Shown: positions 61,053-64,000 of the stretch, piece after piece
How the letters are laid out: every line of letters begins with the position of its first letter
How positions within the stretch are numbered: position 1 is the stretch's first letter
Assembly (NCBI RefSeq): GCF_000143415.4
Contig: NW_003314345.1
Span: 700,574-764,573 of the forward strand
Source: Selaginella moellendorffii
Lineage: Eukaryota; Plantae; Lycopodiophyta
Length of the DNA: 64,000 nt
Direction of reading: 5' to 3'
Notes under the pieces: generated by a model
Database searches by the model: none
What the model was told of the DNA's origin: nothing
The model's input: only the letters and a program-made list of their open reading frames with translations
Made by a program: the position numbers and the translations under genes

Positions 61053-63275
61053 ATGATCCTCCAGAGCGACTACTTTGGAGTGGAGAGGACTTCCCAGGTC
61101 CGGGCCATGCCCAGATCAGGAGCTCCAGAGCAATCGAGATCGCTACTCATGACAGTGTGCCGGCAGAAGCTGGAGATTCCCAAATCGGAGGACGCGATGG
61201 AGCACTCGGCCAAATTTGCCGCGCGAGACAAGCCTCGCAAGCTCCGGGATCAGCATTCTTGCAGCTCGACCACCATCGGCAGCGCCGGCGGCCTCGATTC
61301 CTTGCGATGCGACGTCCGGATGCTGGAAGATCGATCAAACCCATCGTCTTTGGATGTGGAGGCGTGTGGAGTGCTGCTGAGAAGGTGCGCTCTCCACAGG
61401 GCTCTCGAGGAGGGCAAGCGCCTCCACCGGCAAATCGTCGCGAGCCGCGAGAGTGGCAACACTTTCCTCGTGAATCTCGTCGTGCTCATGTATGGCAGCT
61501 GCGGTAGGATCCACGACGCACTCCAGGCCTTCCACTCGATCGATCCTCGCAATGCCCACTCGTGGAACATCATGATTGCAGCATTTGCCCAGAATGGGCA
61601 TCCGCGCGAGGCGCTGGATCTCTACTGGAAGATGGACCCGGGGCTGAGTCGATCGAGCGTGAGCTACTGTGCGGCGCTGGGGCTGTGCGCCAAGCTGGGC
61701 GCCATCGCCGACGGGAGGAAGATCCACGAGAGCGTGCGAGGGACGGTGTTTGAGAGCTATGGCGGCGCTGGAAGCGTGGGGATCGCGCTCGTCAACATGT
61801 ATGGGAAGTGCGCGTGCCCGGAAGAGGCCAGGATTGTCTTCGACAAGCTCCGCCACCGATCAAACGTCTGCTGGAACGCGATGATCTCAGCCTACGCGCA
61901 GAACCAGCGGGGATCCCAAGCGATCGATCTCTTCCGGCGTATGGATCACGAGGGGATGGACTTCACCGCCATCACCTTTGTTAGCGTCATCGATGCCTGC
62001 GCGAAGGAGAAGCTCTCCGCAAGCCGCGAGCTCCTGGCGCGGCAGATCCACGCTCGCGCTGCGCAGCGCGGTCTCCTTCCTGGCGACGTGATCGTCGGCA
62101 GTGCGCTCGTCAACATGTATGGCAAGTGGGGGATGATCCGCGACGCGCAAGCGCTCTTCGACTTGATGGAGCGGAGGAACTGCTTCACCTGGTCGGGGAT
62201 GATCGCGGCCTACGCGCAGATCGGCCAGCCCCGGCGCGCGCTGGAGCTCTTTCGATCCATGGACGTGAGACCCAACAACGTGACGCTCATCAGCGTGCTA
62301 GACGCATGCACGCAGCTGGGCGACGCTGCCACTGCCAGGATCGTCCGCGAGCTCTTCGATCGATCACGAGAAGAGGGCATCGATCGGGATGGTACCGGCG
62401 CCATCACTCTCGGCAACGCGCTCATCAACTTCTACGCCAAGGTTGGCGACTGGGAGCTCGCGCGCGAGATCTTCGAGAGGATGCCGCGCAAGAGCGTCGT
62501 CACCTGGACGTCGATGCTCTCGGCCTACGCGCGCAATGGCCACTCCGCGCAAGCGCTCGAGCTCTTCCACCGCATGGAAGGATTCGAGCTGCAGTCACAC
62601 CCGGTGACGATCATCAGCGCGCTTGACGCCTGCGCGGACGGAGCCGGATCGCTGAAGGAGGGGCGGCGGATCCACCAGCAGCTCCTCCAGAGCGGGATCA
62701 AGCCCGACGGCGCGGTCGCCAACGCTGTGATCAGCATGTATGGCAAGAGCGGCAGTGTAAGCGAGGCCTGGGAGGTGTTCGCGGCCATGACTGATCGAAG
62801 CGTGGTCTCGTGGACGTCCATCTTGGCTGCGTTTGCCGAGCACCAATCCATCGACGAGGCGTTCGCGATCCAGAGGATGATGTGCCAGGAGGGGATGGAT
62901 CCCGACGATGTCACCTTCATAAGCCTGCTCTTCGCTTGCAGCCACGCCGGGAAGCTCGAGCAAGGCCGCGAGGTGTTCTTGGCGATGGTGGCGGACTTTG
63001 ACACGAGGCCGATGGTGGAGCACTACCGGTGCATGGTGGACTTGCTGGCCAGGACGGGGAGGTTGGCGGAGGCGGAGGAGCTGGTGCGGAGGATGCCCGG
63101 CGGCGCTGACCTCGTGTGCTGGTCAACGCTGCTCAACGGGTGTAAGCTCCATGACAACGAGGAGCACGCCAAGAGGGCCGCGGATGGCCTGTCGGTTGCC
63201 ACGCCCGGCAGCTCCGGGGCTTTTGTGCTGCTGGCCCAGAGCCTGTGCGCCAAGGAATCTTCCAAGGCCCGTTGA
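61053..63275 (+). CDS. PLS-class PPR protein with truncated E domain (no DYW)
   Basis: Repeated (A)LVNMYGKCG..A..F....VV(S/T)WN.MI.AYAQNG units; HYRCMVDLLARTGRL; W.TLL..C..H. Start codon uncertain. Confidence 0.92.
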   Translation: MILQSDYFGVERTSQVRAMPRSGAPEQSRSLLMTVCRQKLEIPKSEDAMEHSAKFAARDKPRKLRDQHSCSSTTIGSAGGLDSLRCDVRMLEDRSNPSSLDVEACGVLLRRCALHRALEEGKRLHRQIVASRESGNTFLVNLVVLMYGSCGRIHDALQAFHSIDPRNAHSWNIMIAAFAQNGHPREALDLYWKMDPGLSRSSVSYCAALGLCAKLGAIADGRKIHESVRGTVFESYGGAGSVGIALVNMYGKCACPEEARIVFDKLRHRSNVCWNAMISAYAQNQRGSQAIDLFRRMDHEGMDFTAITFVSVIDACAKEKLSASRELLARQIHARAAQRGLLPGDVIVGSALVNMYGKWGMIRDAQALFDLMERRNCFTWSGMIAAYAQIGQPRRALELFRSMDVRPNNVTLISVLDACTQLGDAATARIVRELFDRSREEGIDRDGTGAITLGNALINFYAKVGDWELAREIFERMPRKSVVTWTSMLSAYARNGHSAQALELFHRMEGFELQSHPVTIISALDACADGAGSLKEGRRIHQQLLQSGIKPDGAVANAVISMYGKSGSVSEAWEVFAAMTDRSVVSWTSILAAFAEHQSIDEAFAIQRMMCQEGMDPDDVTFISLLFACSHAGKLEQGREVFLAMVADFDTRPMVEHYRCMVDLLARTGRLAEAEELVRRMPGGADLVCWSTLLNGCKLHDNEEHAKRAADGLSVATPGSSGAFVLLAQSLCAKESSKAR

Positions 63276-63592
63276 CCACATTGGACTTTTGCCTTTGTAT
63301 ATGTCCTGAGTTTAGCTTTTTTAAACAGTCAACTCAATCGAGAGCAGCTGAGATTAGTTTGCTTGTTAAGTGGAGCATGGATTACTTGAACTTCTTTTTT
63401 TCCTTGGCCGTCTTGATCAGGTCAAATTTTGTTTGCAGTTGCTTGGCCGCTCCTCGTTGGCTTCCTTCTGTGTGGGCTTCCAGTGTTTCTAAGTTGACTC
63501 ATCAAGCTTGGGTCGCCATTTGAAGTTGCCAATAATTCTAAGCATCGTCATCACAAAGGTTTGAAACTTCATTAAAGAATTGACAACAAATC

Positions 63593-64000
63593 TCATCTCG
63601 CAGACACAGTGTCGGTGTCCAAAAAGAAATTCTTGGAAGTAGCGGTAGAGGAGGAGGAGCCACTGTTGAGGTCGAGGCGAAGCTCCCCTTTGGACGCGAA
63701 GAACAGGCCTTCGACGGGGACTTTGCTGTCCACGGTCGAGGAGCCTTCGAGCATTTGGACAACGCTGCCCATGGACGGCCTCGCGCTCGCATTCTCTTGC
63801 AGGCACAGGAAAGCGATCCTGATAGCTCTCACGACTTCCCCCTCGTCCGCCTGGCTAGAGATCCTGGGATCGACCACGTCCATGTCCCTGCCTTGCTGGA
63901 CCAGCTCCAAGCAAAAGCTTGGTAGATAAAACTTCTCCGTCTCCGAGACCCGCGAGAAGCACTTCCGCCCGCTGATCACCTCCAGCAGCACCACTCCAAA
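63593..64000 (-). CDS. C-terminal end of a receptor-like kinase (runs off the window)
   Basis: FGVVLLEVISGRK..VDPRI..RAIRIAFLCLQE..RPSMGSVVQMLEG. Confidence 0.9.
   Translation of the reverse strand, partial: FGVVLLEVISGRKCFSRVSETEKFYLPSFCLELVQQGRDMDVVDPRISSQADEGEVVRAIRIAFLCLQENASARPSMGSVVQMLEGSSTVDSKVPVEGLFFASKGELRLDLNSGSSSSTATSKNFFLDTDTVSAR

Overview
Eukaryotic land-plant genomic DNA, most consistent with a lycophyte such as Selaginella. This is inferred from ~50-60 nt introns, a PLS-PPR gene, ciliary CEP41 and a Tat-type retroelement with its extra RNase H before RT. There are three zones. (1) 1-20 kb is AT-rich, decayed transposon DNA with a 100-N gap. It holds a Ty3/gypsy remnant, LTR/PBS remnants, a voltage-gated Ca/Na channel fragment, and a degenerate Mutator-like (MULE/SWIM) transposase set head-to-head with a spliced ParB/Srx-domain plus beta-class N4C/N6A DNA methyltransferase gene. 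The first intron of that gene carries a 96-bp-period array of long palindromes; this unit is the main candidate novel system. (2) 20-41 kb is an accessory zone with a cluster of Crinkler-like P-loop NTPase/PD-(D/E)xK nuclease genes, two of which lie in ~4-kb inverted repeats tightly bracketing an O-fucosyltransferase gene, plus three tandem secreted Cys/Trp-repeat peptide genes. (3) 42-64 kb is dense host genes: CEP41, BAHD, LysM, NPF, DBP5/LOS4, tRNA-Trp, a coiled-coil protein, two GT47 genes plus a partial copy, a PPR gene and an RLK end. Exon boundaries and manual translations were read by eye and need computational confirmation.
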